From IMG/VR virus record IMGVR_UViG_3300017963_005353, positions 1-64,000 of that record: a DNA stretch of 64,000 nucleotides; one strand, given 5' to 3'. Under the pieces are notes generated by a model. The model was not told where the DNA came from and did not search any database. It saw only the letters and a list, made by a program, of their open reading frames with translations. Position 1 is the stretch's first letter; each line of letters starts with the position of its first letter. Position numbers and translations under genes: made by a program. The DNA is from a virus. This document shows, piece after piece, positions 34,693-44,662 of the stretch.

Positions 34693-36078
34693 TCAAGTGT
34701 CAAGTTCCCCTTGGGGAGCACTCCAGGTGAAAATCGTCTGTACCTTGTCCACGGCCGGCTCCCTACCCAGGGCGGCCAGCATCTCCGGGTAGCCCAGGTA
34801 GTCGTTGGGAATCTCGATCCCCGGCACCCACTCGATGCGCTCCCGCTGGACCAGGCCGGCATCGGTCAGCCACGCCTCGATGATAAACCCGCCGATGACA
34901 ACGTGCCAGCCTTTGCGCTTGGTCAGGGAGTTTGTCCCTTCGAAGCAGCCGCATTGCATCCCGGTGATGGGGCCGAAAACGCTCCAAAACGCGGTATGCA
35001 GGTGCCCGGCCAGCACGAACCGCAGGCTTGGGTTTTCCTTGAGCCCGTAGATCAGATTCATGAGCTCGCCGAAACTGTATTGCTCGATCCCCTTTTGCAG
35101 CTTGTAGGAAATGGCGTAGGCCCTGCCCCCGGTCATGTGCCACAGGCGGACGCTTGCCCGGTCTGTCAGGGGCACATCGGCCACGTCATACCCCAGGTAG
35201 ACCACGTCGTCTCTGGACAAGGCAAAGACCTTCACGATGTCAGCCCCGCCCAACTTGAGATACGAAAAGTCGTGGTTTCCCCCGATGACATAGTAGGTCA
35301 AGCCTTCCAGGTGAGGGAGAGTCATGTCGAGCACGATCAATTGCTGGTCTGCCCCCACCGCCCACAGGTCGTTTAACTGCCCCCTGTAGACGTTGTGCCC
35401 CGCCACCAGGTCGCCGGGCACAAAGATGTGCCGGATACCGGCATCGTAACAGCACTGGATAAACGCCCGGGTATTGGTGATCTGTTGGGCGGTGCTGCCG
35501 GCGTGCAGGTCGGTGGCAACCCCAAAGGGGCAGTAATGCCCCGTCATTTCAGCCAGGGGAGTGGGGATCTGCTGCGCCACGTCTACAGTTGGGGCCGTCT
35601 CGGTGTCGAGCCGGACCGTGGTTTCCGTGGCGACGATGGGGAACCCCTCTGCTGCCAGTTCATCCACTATCGCCCTAATAGTCGGCTCCGAGCGGTCAAA
35701 CTGGCGCGAGAGTTGCTCGAGCGTCACATTCTCGTTCTTGATGATCCCCCTGATCTCCTCTTTCAAAAGCGCGTGGGTGTCCACGGCCTCATCGGGGGGG
35801 ATCTCCAGGGGGACGACCGGTGCCCCGCTTGGCTTGGGGGCATCGTCCTGTTTGCCGTTCAGGTGTGCCTTGCCTGGCGGCTTGGCATACCCGTATCTGC
35901 GCCTTGCCCGTGTTACCGCTATCTTGGTGGCTTTGACGCCCGCTTTTTGGAGCATCTCGGCCACCTCCCGGTCAGAGTGGGTGCGATAAACTTTTCCGAG
36001 CCACTGGTGGAGAGCGATGACCTGCTCCCCGTGCCTTATAGTGGCTTCCCAATCAACGCCTTCCTTTCGTGTGAGCAT
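34693..36078 (-). CDS. HTH-containing calcineurin-like metallophosphoesterase
   Basis: TDLHAGS, PGDLVAG, GGNHD, LWH and AGHLH motifs; N-terminal HTH-like segments (SDREVAEML; TLEQLSRQFDRS). Confidence 0.8.
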   Translation of the reverse strand: MLTRKEGVDWEATIRHGEQVIALHQWLGKVYRTHSDREVAEMLQKAGVKATKIAVTRARRRYGYAKPPGKAHLNGKQDDAPKPSGAPVVPLEIPPDEAVDTHALLKEEIRGIIKNENVTLEQLSRQFDRSEPTIRAIVDELAAEGFPIVATETTVRLDTETAPTVDVAQQIPTPLAEMTGHYCPFGVATDLHAGSTAQQITNTRAFIQCCYDAGIRHIFVPGDLVAGHNVYRGQLNDLWAVGADQQLIVLDMTLPHLEGLTYYVIGGNHDFSYLKLGGADIVKVFALSRDDVVYLGYDVADVPLTDRASVRLWHMTGGRAYAISYKLQKGIEQYSFGELMNLIYGLKENPSLRFVLAGHLHTAFWSVFGPITGMQCGCFEGTNSLTKRKGWHVVIGGFIIEAWLTDAGLVQRERIEWVPGIEIPNDYLGYPEMLAALGREPAVDKVQTIFTWSAPQGELDT

Positions 36079-36880
36079 CCCTAGTCCCTCCTTGCTTTTC
36101 TGTGATGTTTAGGTTTGCGCTCATGGTCCACAGGCACGAATCGGTTGTCCCCTCCCCATGCCTGGGGCGCTCGGTTTGCCAAAGGTTGTTGTTGTAGTAC
36201 CACAGCGCGTCCGGGGTCTGTGGGCTGTCTGCTTGGTGAACGGCCAGCACCGCGTCTGTGGCGTCCACGGTCTCAAACGCCTTGCGGCCGGCGGTCAACA
36301 GCAGGTAATTGTCCCATGCGGCCTTGCCGACGATGTAGGGGGCCAGGTCGGGCACCGTTCCCCTCCTGAACAAAAACCAGTCGAGCCCCGCCGGGCCGTG
36401 CAATGCCCCTGTGGACCTGGCATACTGCTCTAGCCTCTCTTGCCAACGTGCCCCGAAATTGAGTGTCTGCCCAGTCAAGGTGGGCACATCCCATCGCTGC
36501 CCGACAACCATGAAGGGCGCGATCGTGAACCTGGCGTGCACCGCTTCTACCATCTCCATAAAGCCTCTGACCAGGATGATGTCGGCGTTGATATAGCATG
36601 CCAGGGAAGTAGTTGCCATGGCCTGGGCGTCTCTGAAAAGGGCGTGAAGGTAGGGAGGACCGTTTCGGTGCCGGGCCACGCCTGGGCGATGCAAGACCTC
36701 AAGCTCGCCGGTCATGCGTCGTGAGCCATAATCGTCGCCAAACACAACGATGGTCGGGCGCGGGTGAAGGAGGGTCCAACTTTTTATGGCGTTCCACTGT
36801 GCCGCCGCGTCATCGCCTCGCCAGGGCTTGCACGTGGTAAAGAGTGTGACGTTAGATTTCAATTTCAACGATGTCGGCAT
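36053..36880 (-). CDS. GT-A-fold glycosyltransferase-like protein
   Basis: FTTCKPW...QWNAIKSW, YINADIIL, G.DWFLF and WDNYL. Confidence 0.65.
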   Translation of the reverse strand: MPTSLKLKSNVTLFTTCKPWRGDDAAAQWNAIKSWTLLHPRPTIVVFGDDYGSRRMTGELEVLHRPGVARHRNGPPYLHALFRDAQAMATTSLACYINADIILVRGFMEMVEAVHARFTIAPFMVVGQRWDVPTLTGQTLNFGARWQERLEQYARSTGALHGPAGLDWFLFRRGTVPDLAPYIVGKAAWDNYLLLTAGRKAFETVDATDAVLAVHQADSPQTPDALWYYNNNLWQTERPRHGEGTTDSCLWTMSANLNITEKQGGTRDAHTKGRR

Positions 36881-37769
36881 TGGCAAAGCCCCAATTTTCG
36901 TCGTTCGGCGTCCGGCTTTTCCCGGTCCGGAGCATCAGCTTTTTCCAGGGCTCAAATTCGGTCAACAGGTTGATGACCGGATAGGGGTATTCGGCCTTAA
37001 CAGCGTCGAGCCCCACGAGTGCCTTGTCGTGGCACAGGTGGTACATGGGATGAGGGATGCAGTGCTCCCCATATCCCTCGGCACGGGCCATGAAGAGCAA
37101 AAGGCTATCAATGTGGGGGCTCCAGCGTCCTAATTCCGGGTAGCCCTTGAGGGCTGCCCAGGCGTCCCGGTGCAACATGGTAAAATCCCCACAGGCATCG
37201 GTGAAAACATCGTCCTTTCCGGGAGGTGCGTTGTGCTCCTCCGTTACATGCTCTCGCAAAGCCTCCAGCCATACGTCCACCATATAAGGATTGAGCAATT
37301 CGGGTGGATCGGAGACCCGTCGCAGGTTTGTGTCAAAGCGGGGGGCTCGATAGTACAGCCTCTCGTCCAGGTGCCCCTTGGCGTCAGCGGTTGCCAGCCA
37401 TGCCACCAATTCGTGAGAGTAGAGCAGGTCGGCGTTGGTGCACAGCACCCACTTGCCTCTTGCCCGCCTAATCCCGCAGTTCTTGGCCTGCATCTGAAAG
37501 AACGGTATGATGTGGGAGTTCTCAACCTGATCGTGGACCTCTTTGGGCACCAACAAGATCCGGATTTTGGCCTGCTTGCCCTTCGGCCAGCGAATGGCGT
37601 CTTTGAGCAACGGGCGGTCAGGGGGCGGGTTCCATTCCACGACCACAAGCTCCATGTCGAGCCCGTGCTTTTGTGCCTGCCACGTTATACCGGAGATGAA
37701 TGCCTGGTTGCGATGCAGGCTGTCCCCATCATAGGCGTCATTGCGGGTCGCTGTCACGATGCTGATCAT
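36852..37769 (-). CDS. Glycosyltransferase family 2-like protein
   Basis: ISIVTATRND, VVEWN, KNCGIRRARG..VLCTNADLL and GDF. Confidence 0.75.
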   Translation of the reverse strand: MISIVTATRNDAYDGDSLHRNQAFISGITWQAQKHGLDMELVVVEWNPPPDRPLLKDAIRWPKGKQAKIRILLVPKEVHDQVENSHIIPFFQMQAKNCGIRRARGKWVLCTNADLLYSHELVAWLATADAKGHLDERLYYRAPRFDTNLRRVSDPPELLNPYMVDVWLEALREHVTEEHNAPPGKDDVFTDACGDFTMLHRDAWAALKGYPELGRWSPHIDSLLLFMARAEGYGEHCIPHPMYHLCHDKALVGLDAVKAEYPYPVINLLTEFEPWKKLMLRTGKSRTPNDENWGFANADIVEIEI

Positions 37770-37935
37770 TCGTTAGCTCCTGTGGGAATGGCGAGCGGAT
37801 AATGGTTCCTTCGGTCGGGTCGTAACGCACGACCTCCAGCCCCGTCTTACCGGTGGCCACGTGTATGGCGAAAATAGGTTCGTCGTCGGTCAGCACCAGA
37901 TTAAGACCATCTCGAATTTGCTTCCAGGTCATCAT
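37738..37935 (-). CDS. Small hypothetical protein
   Basis: Coupled to the methyltransferase stop; fills the gap. Confidence 0.4.
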   Translation of the reverse strand: MMTWKQIRDGLNLVLTDDEPIFAIHVATGKTGLEVVRYDPTEGTIIRSPFPQELTNDQHRDSDPQ

Positions 37936-38843
37936 CACCCTATCCTCAAAGGCATCGGCTTCATAAGCCCCACGCGCTTGAGGCTTGGGTCTGCCACGGC
38001 GTCGATGAGCAAATGCCAGCCAAAATGCCGTTCCAGCCAGCGAAAGACCGGGGGTGGGATCCGCTGCCAGTACCACTCTTTGACGTATTCCCCTCTGATG
38101 TAGGCGGGGATTTGATACGGGAAAATGTGGTCAACGCGCATCCTTGTGACCCTGAGCCCGTGGTCCTCCAGGTAGAGACGGGCCTGTCGCTGGGTGTAGG
38201 TTCGCGTGATGGGACAGCCGGTCTGGGCCTCCGAATGTCGGGCCACGATCCGGTCGAGCGTTGCCAAGGGCAGGACCAGCCGCAACAGGTTCCATCCCCT
38301 GAGCAAGATCCAAAGCACCTTCCATGAGACCTTGTGGTACAGCATCAGTTTCATGGTACTGTCAGGCCCCATGTACTCACGCAGGTTATAAAGTGCCGCC
38401 TGGGGATAGGGCGTGTGGTGGAGCACCCCGAACGAGTATACCAGATCAAACGGTTCTTCTGGGGGGAAATAACGGGTGAGCTCCTCCAGAGGGAGCGTCA
38501 TAAAGCGGATACTGCCCATCGTGTGTGTGACAACCGCCCGCTTTCTTGCGATCTCGATGGATTTCGGGGACAGATCCACGGCGACTACCTGGGCGCCCGC
38601 CTCAGCAAACGAGAGTGCCATAGTGCCAATGCCACAACCGGCGTCGAGCACCCTCTTGCCCTGCCACCTATCGAACTCGCTAAAGTCAACAATGTGGGGC
38701 TCGACCCGATATTTCCGGGCGGTCACTGCCCGGCTGTACGCCAAGGGGTCGGTGTCAACGTCAATGTCGCCCCCGTGCCGCACGTTGCAGGGCCTTGCAT
38801 CCCAATAGTCTCGCACGTCAACGATGGTCGGGTGTCGTCTCAT
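37935..38843 (-). CDS. Class I SAM-dependent methyltransferase
   Basis: VLDAGCGIG, AVDLS and FDLVYSFGVLHHTP. Confidence 0.88.
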   Translation of the reverse strand: MRRHPTIVDVRDYWDARPCNVRHGGDIDVDTDPLAYSRAVTARKYRVEPHIVDFSEFDRWQGKRVLDAGCGIGTMALSFAEAGAQVVAVDLSPKSIEIARKRAVVTHTMGSIRFMTLPLEELTRYFPPEEPFDLVYSFGVLHHTPYPQAALYNLREYMGPDSTMKLMLYHKVSWKVLWILLRGWNLLRLVLPLATLDRIVARHSEAQTGCPITRTYTQRQARLYLEDHGLRVTRMRVDHIFPYQIPAYIRGEYVKEWYWQRIPPPVFRWLERHFGWHLLIDAVADPSLKRVGLMKPMPLRIG

Positions 38844-39718
38844 CTGTCTAGCCCTCCTGCCAGCACTTTGATAACCCGGTTTCTAAACTCCCTGTCAATG
38901 CCCCCGGGGTCATTTGCGGGGTTGAACGGGTCGAACCACGGGTGCACCAGGAGCAAGTCAAGCATAAATTCATCCTCCGGTTGCTCTCCCCTGGCTTGCT
39001 CCACAAGCTGTCCAAAGGGCGTTGTGACTGACTGCCCGTCAGCACACAGCCCGCGCAAGAGCTTGTCGGGTGTGTACACCGCCCCCCTGTAGATCACCAG
39101 GTCGCCCCGTTCCTCTTTGCGGGGAGGCACCTGCCCGCCCGGAAAGAGAAAGGCCCGCTGCCTGGGATCCTCACCTTTTTTGATGACAAAGGGTCGTTCA
39201 AAGGGCTCGACGTGCATGGCGATGCTGCTGTAGCGTTTTTCAATGATGCGCCACAGGAGCTCGTCAAAGTTCAATGGGTCGCCTGTCTCGATGTCAATGT
39301 AGTAATAGCCCAAGTAAACGTCCAGCAAACGAAACCGGTTTGGGGCTTCGGGTATGGGAACGAATATGACCGTTGTGGCATGGGTGAGGCTGGTCTGGTG
39401 GTGGCCGTAGACGTATTCACAGGCCGGCAGGCCAATGCCCCGCAAGCAGGCGGCGAATATCCGGGCTGCCCCTCCACACCACGTACCCGCCTGCTCCCCA
39501 ATGACCCGTTGAAACATGGTGGCGGCCGGCAGGTCGGGCGGCATGTTCGTGTGAGTGCCGGGGTAGGTCATGCGCCGGCCGAGCCAATGCCACAGGCAAA
39601 GGGCTGTTTCCCAGGTATCGAAGGGATCGGTCATGCACAATTCTTGCAGCCCAGGGACAACAGCCTTGAGATAGTGCCCCAAGGTGTGTTCGTCTGTGAT
39701 TTGCTCCAGGCTGATCAC
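38840..39718 (-). CDS. Transglutaminase/NAT-like (papain-fold) protein
   Basis: GTWCGG...HATT...LLD arrangement consistent with a Cys-His-Asp triad. Confidence 0.5.
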   Translation of the reverse strand: MISLEQITDEHTLGHYLKAVVPGLQELCMTDPFDTWETALCLWHWLGRRMTYPGTHTNMPPDLPAATMFQRVIGEQAGTWCGGAARIFAACLRGIGLPACEYVYGHHQTSLTHATTVIFVPIPEAPNRFRLLDVYLGYYYIDIETGDPLNFDELLWRIIEKRYSSIAMHVEPFERPFVIKKGEDPRQRAFLFPGGQVPPRKEERGDLVIYRGAVYTPDKLLRGLCADGQSVTTPFGQLVEQARGEQPEDEFMLDLLLVHPWFDPFNPANDPGGIDREFRNRVIKVLAGGLDR

Positions 39719-40719
39719 TGGTTTCTCCTGTGCAAGCTCTGGGCGCGTTCAATGGCCCGTTCCCACTCTGCCATGACAGGCTCCCGGCCAAACCGTTCCC
39801 GGGCCAGGGCTTTTGTCCTGTAGCTCATCCTGACGGCCCGATCGTAATCGTCGATCAGCCCTTGCGCTCTCGCCGTCAACTCTTGCAGGTTGCGGCAAAC
39901 ATAGCCCGTCACGCCGTCTCGAATGTGCGCCCTGTAGTCGTGTTGCTTCATGCCAACCACCAGGCAAGGAAGGCCGACCGCCAGGGCCTCGGTGAACGAT
40001 AGCGACAGGTGCCGGCTCGATGCGTCACAGTCCAGGTTGACGTAGCAACGAAATGCCGCCATTTCCCCGGCGAGCTCCAGGGACGAGCGGTAGCGGTCCG
40101 CCGCGTCGAGGTGGAATCCCGGCACGCTCTCGGTCAGTGCCAGCCAGTCGCGCAACCGTGGCTGGCTCTCCGGCCCGCCCCGCCATTTGTACGCACCGGC
40201 CAGCACGAAAAGAGCCCGGTTGTCCTGCCCCGTCCATTCCTGCTCGAAATACCAATCCCCAGGATACCAGGGCACAAAATAGGCATCGCGCACGCCGGCG
40301 GCGGTCCACTGGTCGGCAGCGACAATGGAATCGGTTGCCACGACTGACCGGGCGAACATCTCCCTGTCCTGGGGCTCCAGGGGGATTGTGTGGGGCGTGT
40401 ACCATGAAACCTTGATAATGCGGGGCACATCAAGCTCCCAGGACATTTCCCTCCAGGGGGGTTCCCATCCCCGCGCTTCCCAGGTGTCGATGACCACATC
40501 GTATTGCTGCCAATTTGCCCCATCCAGGGGTATCCAGGTGGTCTCGAAGCCAAGCTCTGGCCCCTCTTTCAGCAGCCGGGCTTTGTTGCTCTCCAGCTTG
40601 CTATGTGCCCCTCCATCCCCATGGGGAGCGGGAATCACGATCACGTCAAGCTCCCCAAACAGGGCGGCGGTTTTCTCGATGACCGAGACGTGAGCAGGGT
40701 ACATCATGGCAACTTTCAT
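39715..40719 (-). CDS. GT-B (GT4-like) glycosyltransferase
   Basis: CYVN...LSFTEALAVGLP, DGVTGY and ARERFG. Confidence 0.7.
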   Translation of the reverse strand: MKVAMMYPAHVSVIEKTAALFGELDVIVIPAPHGDGGAHSKLESNKARLLKEGPELGFETTWIPLDGANWQQYDVVIDTWEARGWEPPWREMSWELDVPRIIKVSWYTPHTIPLEPQDREMFARSVVATDSIVAADQWTAAGVRDAYFVPWYPGDWYFEQEWTGQDNRALFVLAGAYKWRGGPESQPRLRDWLALTESVPGFHLDAADRYRSSLELAGEMAAFRCYVNLDCDASSRHLSLSFTEALAVGLPCLVVGMKQHDYRAHIRDGVTGYVCRNLQELTARAQGLIDDYDRAVRMSYRTKALARERFGREPVMAEWERAIERAQSLHRRNQ

Positions 40720-40728
40720 AGCGATCTC

Positions 40729-40980
40729 CTAACGCACTGGCGACCCGGTTTGTGGGTTGTCGTTGCTCTCTGTTACCCAAAGCACAGACCACCACGCCCA
40801 AACGATCCATGCCAGCCCGATGCTGACAAAAAGGGCAACGCCGGCCGCTCCCTCTTTCCAGTTTTCCAGGGCGTTCATACCCAGGGCAACCAGGACAAAA
40901 AAGAGGACTGTCGCCGAGCTTGCAATGGTGACTTTTACGGGCAGCACCCGTTTGTTCCAAAATGCTTTTATTTTATCCAT
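40729..40980 (-). CDS. Small two-TM membrane protein
   Basis: Two hydrophobic segments; fills the operon. Confidence 0.55.
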   Translation of the reverse strand: MDKIKAFWNKRVLPVKVTIASSATVLFFVLVALGMNALENWKEGAAGVALFVSIGLAWIVWAWWSVLWVTESNDNPQTGSPVR

Positions 40981-41773
40981 CGTACCATCCATATCCCAGG
41001 CGCAGCATGATGTCCTTGAAGTGGGTCAAAAAGATGCGCCTGTGCCATTCGCTCCAACCATCCCACCTCTTTGCAGGGAGGGGATCGTACAGCCAGCCGT
41101 GTTCATCCCACAAGCCATGTGGGGGCAGGTTCAAGGTCTCTTTTTCAACGCTGACGGGGTTTGGGAGCATGGTCTCGCGCACGATCCGAACGTGCTCCAG
41201 GTTCCAGGATACTTGTGTAAGGTGTTCCATGAGCCTCTGGAAATATCGCCCGTCAGTGCCGATGGACTGGTCAAGCGTCTCAATCTTGACCAGGGGCCAA
41301 TCCTGGGGACGAACGTCCATCAGCCAGCGGTGCAACCGGGCAAGTTCAACCGTGTAACCTTCAAAGTGGTCCTCTTCGGTTTTCATGGGTCGGCCCAGGT
41401 GTTTTTCAACCGTTGCGACGTGTTGTGTCAGGTCGGGCGTGTTGGGGCCAGGCTGAACCAGGCTGTTCCAATACTGCACGGTCTTTTTCCCCACCACCTC
41501 GATGGGATTACGGACGAACCGGGCCACGCGCCCATGCTCGGCACAGTATTTGACCACGCCCCCCGATTTGATAAACCCCAGGCTCTTGAACGCGCCTTGC
41601 TTGCGCTCGCGCTCGATGTAGTCCACAAGCGATTCACCCGGTTTTAGTTCGGGCGAATACTTGTCGTTTGTCGGAGCTTCTGCCCAGGCCCACACGTCAG
41701 GGTGTGCCCGGCAGATGGACATGAACCAAAAACCCCCACAGTGGCCCAGGTTGACTTGCGCCCAGACTTTCAT
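40973..41773 (-). CDS. Sulfotransferase-fold (P-loop) protein
   Basis: LGHCGGFWF.....HPDV resembles the 5'-PSB loop; FVRNP resembles the 3'-PB; VKIETL. Confidence 0.45.
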   Translation of the reverse strand: MKVWAQVNLGHCGGFWFMSICRAHPDVWAWAEAPTNDKYSPELKPGESLVDYIERERKQGAFKSLGFIKSGGVVKYCAEHGRVARFVRNPIEVVGKKTVQYWNSLVQPGPNTPDLTQHVATVEKHLGRPMKTEEDHFEGYTVELARLHRWLMDVRPQDWPLVKIETLDQSIGTDGRYFQRLMEHLTQVSWNLEHVRIVRETMLPNPVSVEKETLNLPPHGLWDEHGWLYDPLPAKRWDGWSEWHRRIFLTHFKDIMLRLGYGWYDG

Positions 41774-41955
41774 CGGCAGCTCCCCAGGATGGCGACAAGG
41801 CTTTGCAGCATGCTCGAATCTGACAGCATAATAAGGGTAAGAAAGGCAAGAAGAAAATCGCACAGCATGGTGATGGCGACCAGGGCACCAATTGGAAGAT
41901 CGTCGCTGCTCAGTTTGGTGATAGACAAAAATAAACCTGCACAGATGGTCAACAC
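41770..41955 (-). CDS. Small membrane protein
   Basis: 61 aa, hydrophobic, coupled to both neighbours. Confidence 0.45.
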   Translation of the reverse strand: MLTICAGLFLSITKLSSDDLPIGALVAITMLCDFLLAFLTLIMLSDSSMLQSLVAILGSCR

Positions 41956-43646
41956 GGCTCTCCCTCCTTCTCGAGCATGAACCAGCGCCCAAAGGCCAGG
42001 GTATCAATGCCCGACTGCTCAAATGTCTGCATGGCGTCGTAAGGGCTGCTGACGATGGGCTCCCCTCTCAGGTTAAACGACGTGTTCATAAGTAGGGGCA
42101 CGTGGGTCAGGCGGTGAAACTCAGTGAGGATTTCAAACAAAAAGGGATTCTCGGTTTCGCTGACCGTTTGAATACGGCTCATCCCGTTGACGTGTACGAC
42201 GGCCGGCACATGGTCGGGGTTGTATGCTTGATGGGTGAGCATCATGTGGGCAGCGGATGGGCTGTTGAATGTCTCGAACCAGTATTTGGCATGTGTGTCC
42301 ATCACAACCGGTGCAAACGGGCGGAAAGCCTCTCGAAACTTGACCTTGGCGTTCATGCGGTCTTTCATGCGGGCGTCTCGGGGGTCGGCCAGGATGGTGC
42401 GGTTGCCCAACGCCCGGTTGCCCCATTCGTCTCTGCCCTGGTAGAGAGCCACGATCTTACCCTGGGCGAGTTGTCGTGCAATTTCTTGGGCATTTGATTC
42501 CTGTTGCGGGAACCAAGAACAATCTGCCAGGGTTTGTTCAATTATCCGGTCAGGATAGTCGATCCCCAGGTAGGGCGTGAAGGGATACCGACGCACGTTT
42601 GTTGGTGCACAATCGGCCAGATCGCCTATGATCGCCGCTCCCATGGCACAACCGGCGTCCCCTGCGGCCGGCTGTATCCACAGGGTCAGGTCGGGATTGC
42701 AGCGCAGTATCATGGCGTTCAACACGCAATTGAGCGTCACGCCACCGGCCATGCACAGGTTTCGGTGGTTGCCCTGGCCCAGGAACAGTTGCACCATCCT
42801 GAGCACCGTCGTTTCCAGCGCATATTGGACCGCTGCCGCCAGGTCCATGTGTTCCTGCTCGATGGGACCGCCCGGTTTTCGTGGGGGCACGCCCAACAGC
42901 TTTTCCAGGGCGGGCGTGTGGTGACAATGGGGATTACACCAGTCGAAATACTTCTGGTCAAGCCCAAACGACCCATCGGCGTTGAGCAAGAGGATATTTT
43001 CCAGCAAGCGGTCAGCAAGCGGAAACGCATCGCCCATGGCCGCCAGGCCCATGACCTTGAACTCCCCGTTGTTGGACCGGAAGCCCAGGTAGTTCGTCAT
43101 GACCGAGTAGAGCAACCCTAGCGAGTGGGGAAAACTGATGGACTGGATCCGGTGCAAGTTGTTCCCTTCACCATTCCATACCGTCAACGTGTCCCACTCC
43201 CCAACGCCATCGATCACGAGCACCAACGCCCGCTCAAAGGGAGACGTGAAAAACGTGGCAGCAGCGTGGCTCCTGTGGTGCTGCGCGTTGTAAATCGGTC
43301 CATTGTAACCGAGCAACCGCATGTGTGTCTCAATGCCCCGCTTGTGGTGATAGTGATAGGGTATCACATTGCGCCAATAATTCCAGGTGCCCGGCCAGCC
43401 ATCGCGGGCCTGGGCGACAACACGCTCAAACTTAAAGTCGGGATCTTCGTGGAAGAAAACCTGGTCCACGTCGTCCCATTTCCAGCCACAATGCAGGAGC
43501 GCAGCTTGCAAGGCCAGTTGGGGGAACCTGGCGTCGTGCTTGACACGGCTCAATCGCTCCTCCTGTATGGCAAACCGTATCTCGCCATTCTCTATCGCCA
43601 CGACCGCCGAGTCGTGGTAAAAGCACGACACGCCAATGGTTCTCAT
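41949..43646 (-). CDS. O-carbamoyltransferase (NodU/CmcH/TobZ family)
   Basis: YHDSA, EERLSRVKH, HHRSHAA, DGVGE, GEFKVMGLA, AGGVTLN, PAAGDAG, RALGNRTILADP, KFREAFRPFAP and NTSFN. Confidence 0.93.
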   Translation of the reverse strand: MRTIGVSCFYHDSAVVAIENGEIRFAIQEERLSRVKHDARFPQLALQAALLHCGWKWDDVDQVFFHEDPDFKFERVVAQARDGWPGTWNYWRNVIPYHYHHKRGIETHMRLLGYNGPIYNAQHHRSHAAATFFTSPFERALVLVIDGVGEWDTLTVWNGEGNNLHRIQSISFPHSLGLLYSVMTNYLGFRSNNGEFKVMGLAAMGDAFPLADRLLENILLLNADGSFGLDQKYFDWCNPHCHHTPALEKLLGVPPRKPGGPIEQEHMDLAAAVQYALETTVLRMVQLFLGQGNHRNLCMAGGVTLNCVLNAMILRCNPDLTLWIQPAAGDAGCAMGAAIIGDLADCAPTNVRRYPFTPYLGIDYPDRIIEQTLADCSWFPQQESNAQEIARQLAQGKIVALYQGRDEWGNRALGNRTILADPRDARMKDRMNAKVKFREAFRPFAPVVMDTHAKYWFETFNSPSAAHMMLTHQAYNPDHVPAVVHVNGMSRIQTVSETENPFLFEILTEFHRLTHVPLLMNTSFNLRGEPIVSSPYDAMQTFEQSGIDTLAFGRWFMLEKEGEPC

Positions 43647-43816
43647 CTGTGCCAGCCCCTCCTATCTTGCACGGGAAACAACAGACCGAGCCCCAGGTAG
43701 AGCACAGCCAGGAGCAAGGTTGCTAGGCAAGCGGGTAGACGATGACGCTTTCGCCCGGATTGGCGGGCACGTGCATGTTCTCCAGGGTCCATGAAAGAGA
43801 ACGGGTGAATAACCAT
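43643..43816 (-). CDS. 57-aa single-TM protein (below the ORF-track cutoff)
   Basis: AGGAGG RBS; MVIHPFSF...LATLLLAVLYLGLGLLFP...GWHR; ATGA overlap with the carbamoyltransferase. Confidence 0.5.
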   Translation of the reverse strand: MVIHPFSFMDPGEHARARQSGRKRHRLPACLATLLLAVLYLGLGLLFPVQDRRGWHR

Positions 43817-43828
43817 GTCAAGAGCCTC

Positions 43829-44662
43829 CTAACAGTCCAGTTCATGTTTCAACGACCTCCACAAAATTTCAGCCATCCACGGATAGGCATCAGGCTCCGG
43901 GTGCCCCATGTCCTGGAAATAGGGCACACCCTGGGCGAGTGTGTTGACCGCCATTCCCGCCCACATGTTGCACAGGGGCACATCTAACGCCTCTGCTGCC
44001 CGGCGGCAAACTTCGTTGCGCTTCAATATCTTGTCCAGGTGTTTGGCGGCTGTAGCGTGAAAATCATCGTTGCCCCAGAACCGGCGCAAACAGCCCTCCA
44101 GGTGGGCGTTGCCGGGCCGTTCCCGGGAGCCACCGGCTGAGGGGAGAATATAAGAGGTCCAGTCCTCCTTGATCGTAAGCTCATTGAGCAGGCTAGGCAT
44201 GGTCACAAACATGGGGCCGGGCAGGTCGGCAACCCGTTTCCACAAGCCGAGGTCTCGATCCCAACCTTGCCAACCGTGCCAGCCGGGCAGGGTGACGTTG
44301 TGGTCTATGGCGATCTCGGCGTTTCTCCGCTCCATCAGATCCACAAGCTCGTGAAACCGTATGCCCTCCACGCCCCCGTTGAAAAACTGGATGGACGGAC
44401 AAAACTTCTCGAGCATGTCTACCCAGGTGCGCCGACCCTGTCCAAATACCACCGAGTCGCCCCACACCACAGCCAGGGGGCGGCTATAGTCTCGATCCTG
44501 GAGCGAGCGGAAACCCAGGTCGTTCATGCGAAAAAGAGTGACAGCATCCTTGTAGCAGACGCGCACGTTCCGGGCGGTCTCCATTGCCACAGGGTCCCAA
44601 TAGTGGCTTTTGGTGAATCGCCCGTCCGTTTCGCCTTTCCACATGCAGACTTTATCAGCCAT
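43829..44662 (-). CDS. SGNH/GDSL hydrolase-family protein
   Basis: NDLGFR, VWGDSVVFG, NGGVEG and QDMGHP (DxxH). Confidence 0.75.
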   Translation of the reverse strand: MADKVCMWKGETDGRFTKSHYWDPVAMETARNVRVCYKDAVTLFRMNDLGFRSLQDRDYSRPLAVVWGDSVVFGQGRRTWVDMLEKFCPSIQFFNGGVEGIRFHELVDLMERRNAEIAIDHNVTLPGWHGWQGWDRDLGLWKRVADLPGPMFVTMPSLLNELTIKEDWTSYILPSAGGSRERPGNAHLEGCLRRFWGNDDFHATAAKHLDKILKRNEVCRRAAEALDVPLCNMWAGMAVNTLAQGVPYFQDMGHPEPDAYPWMAEILWRSLKHELDC

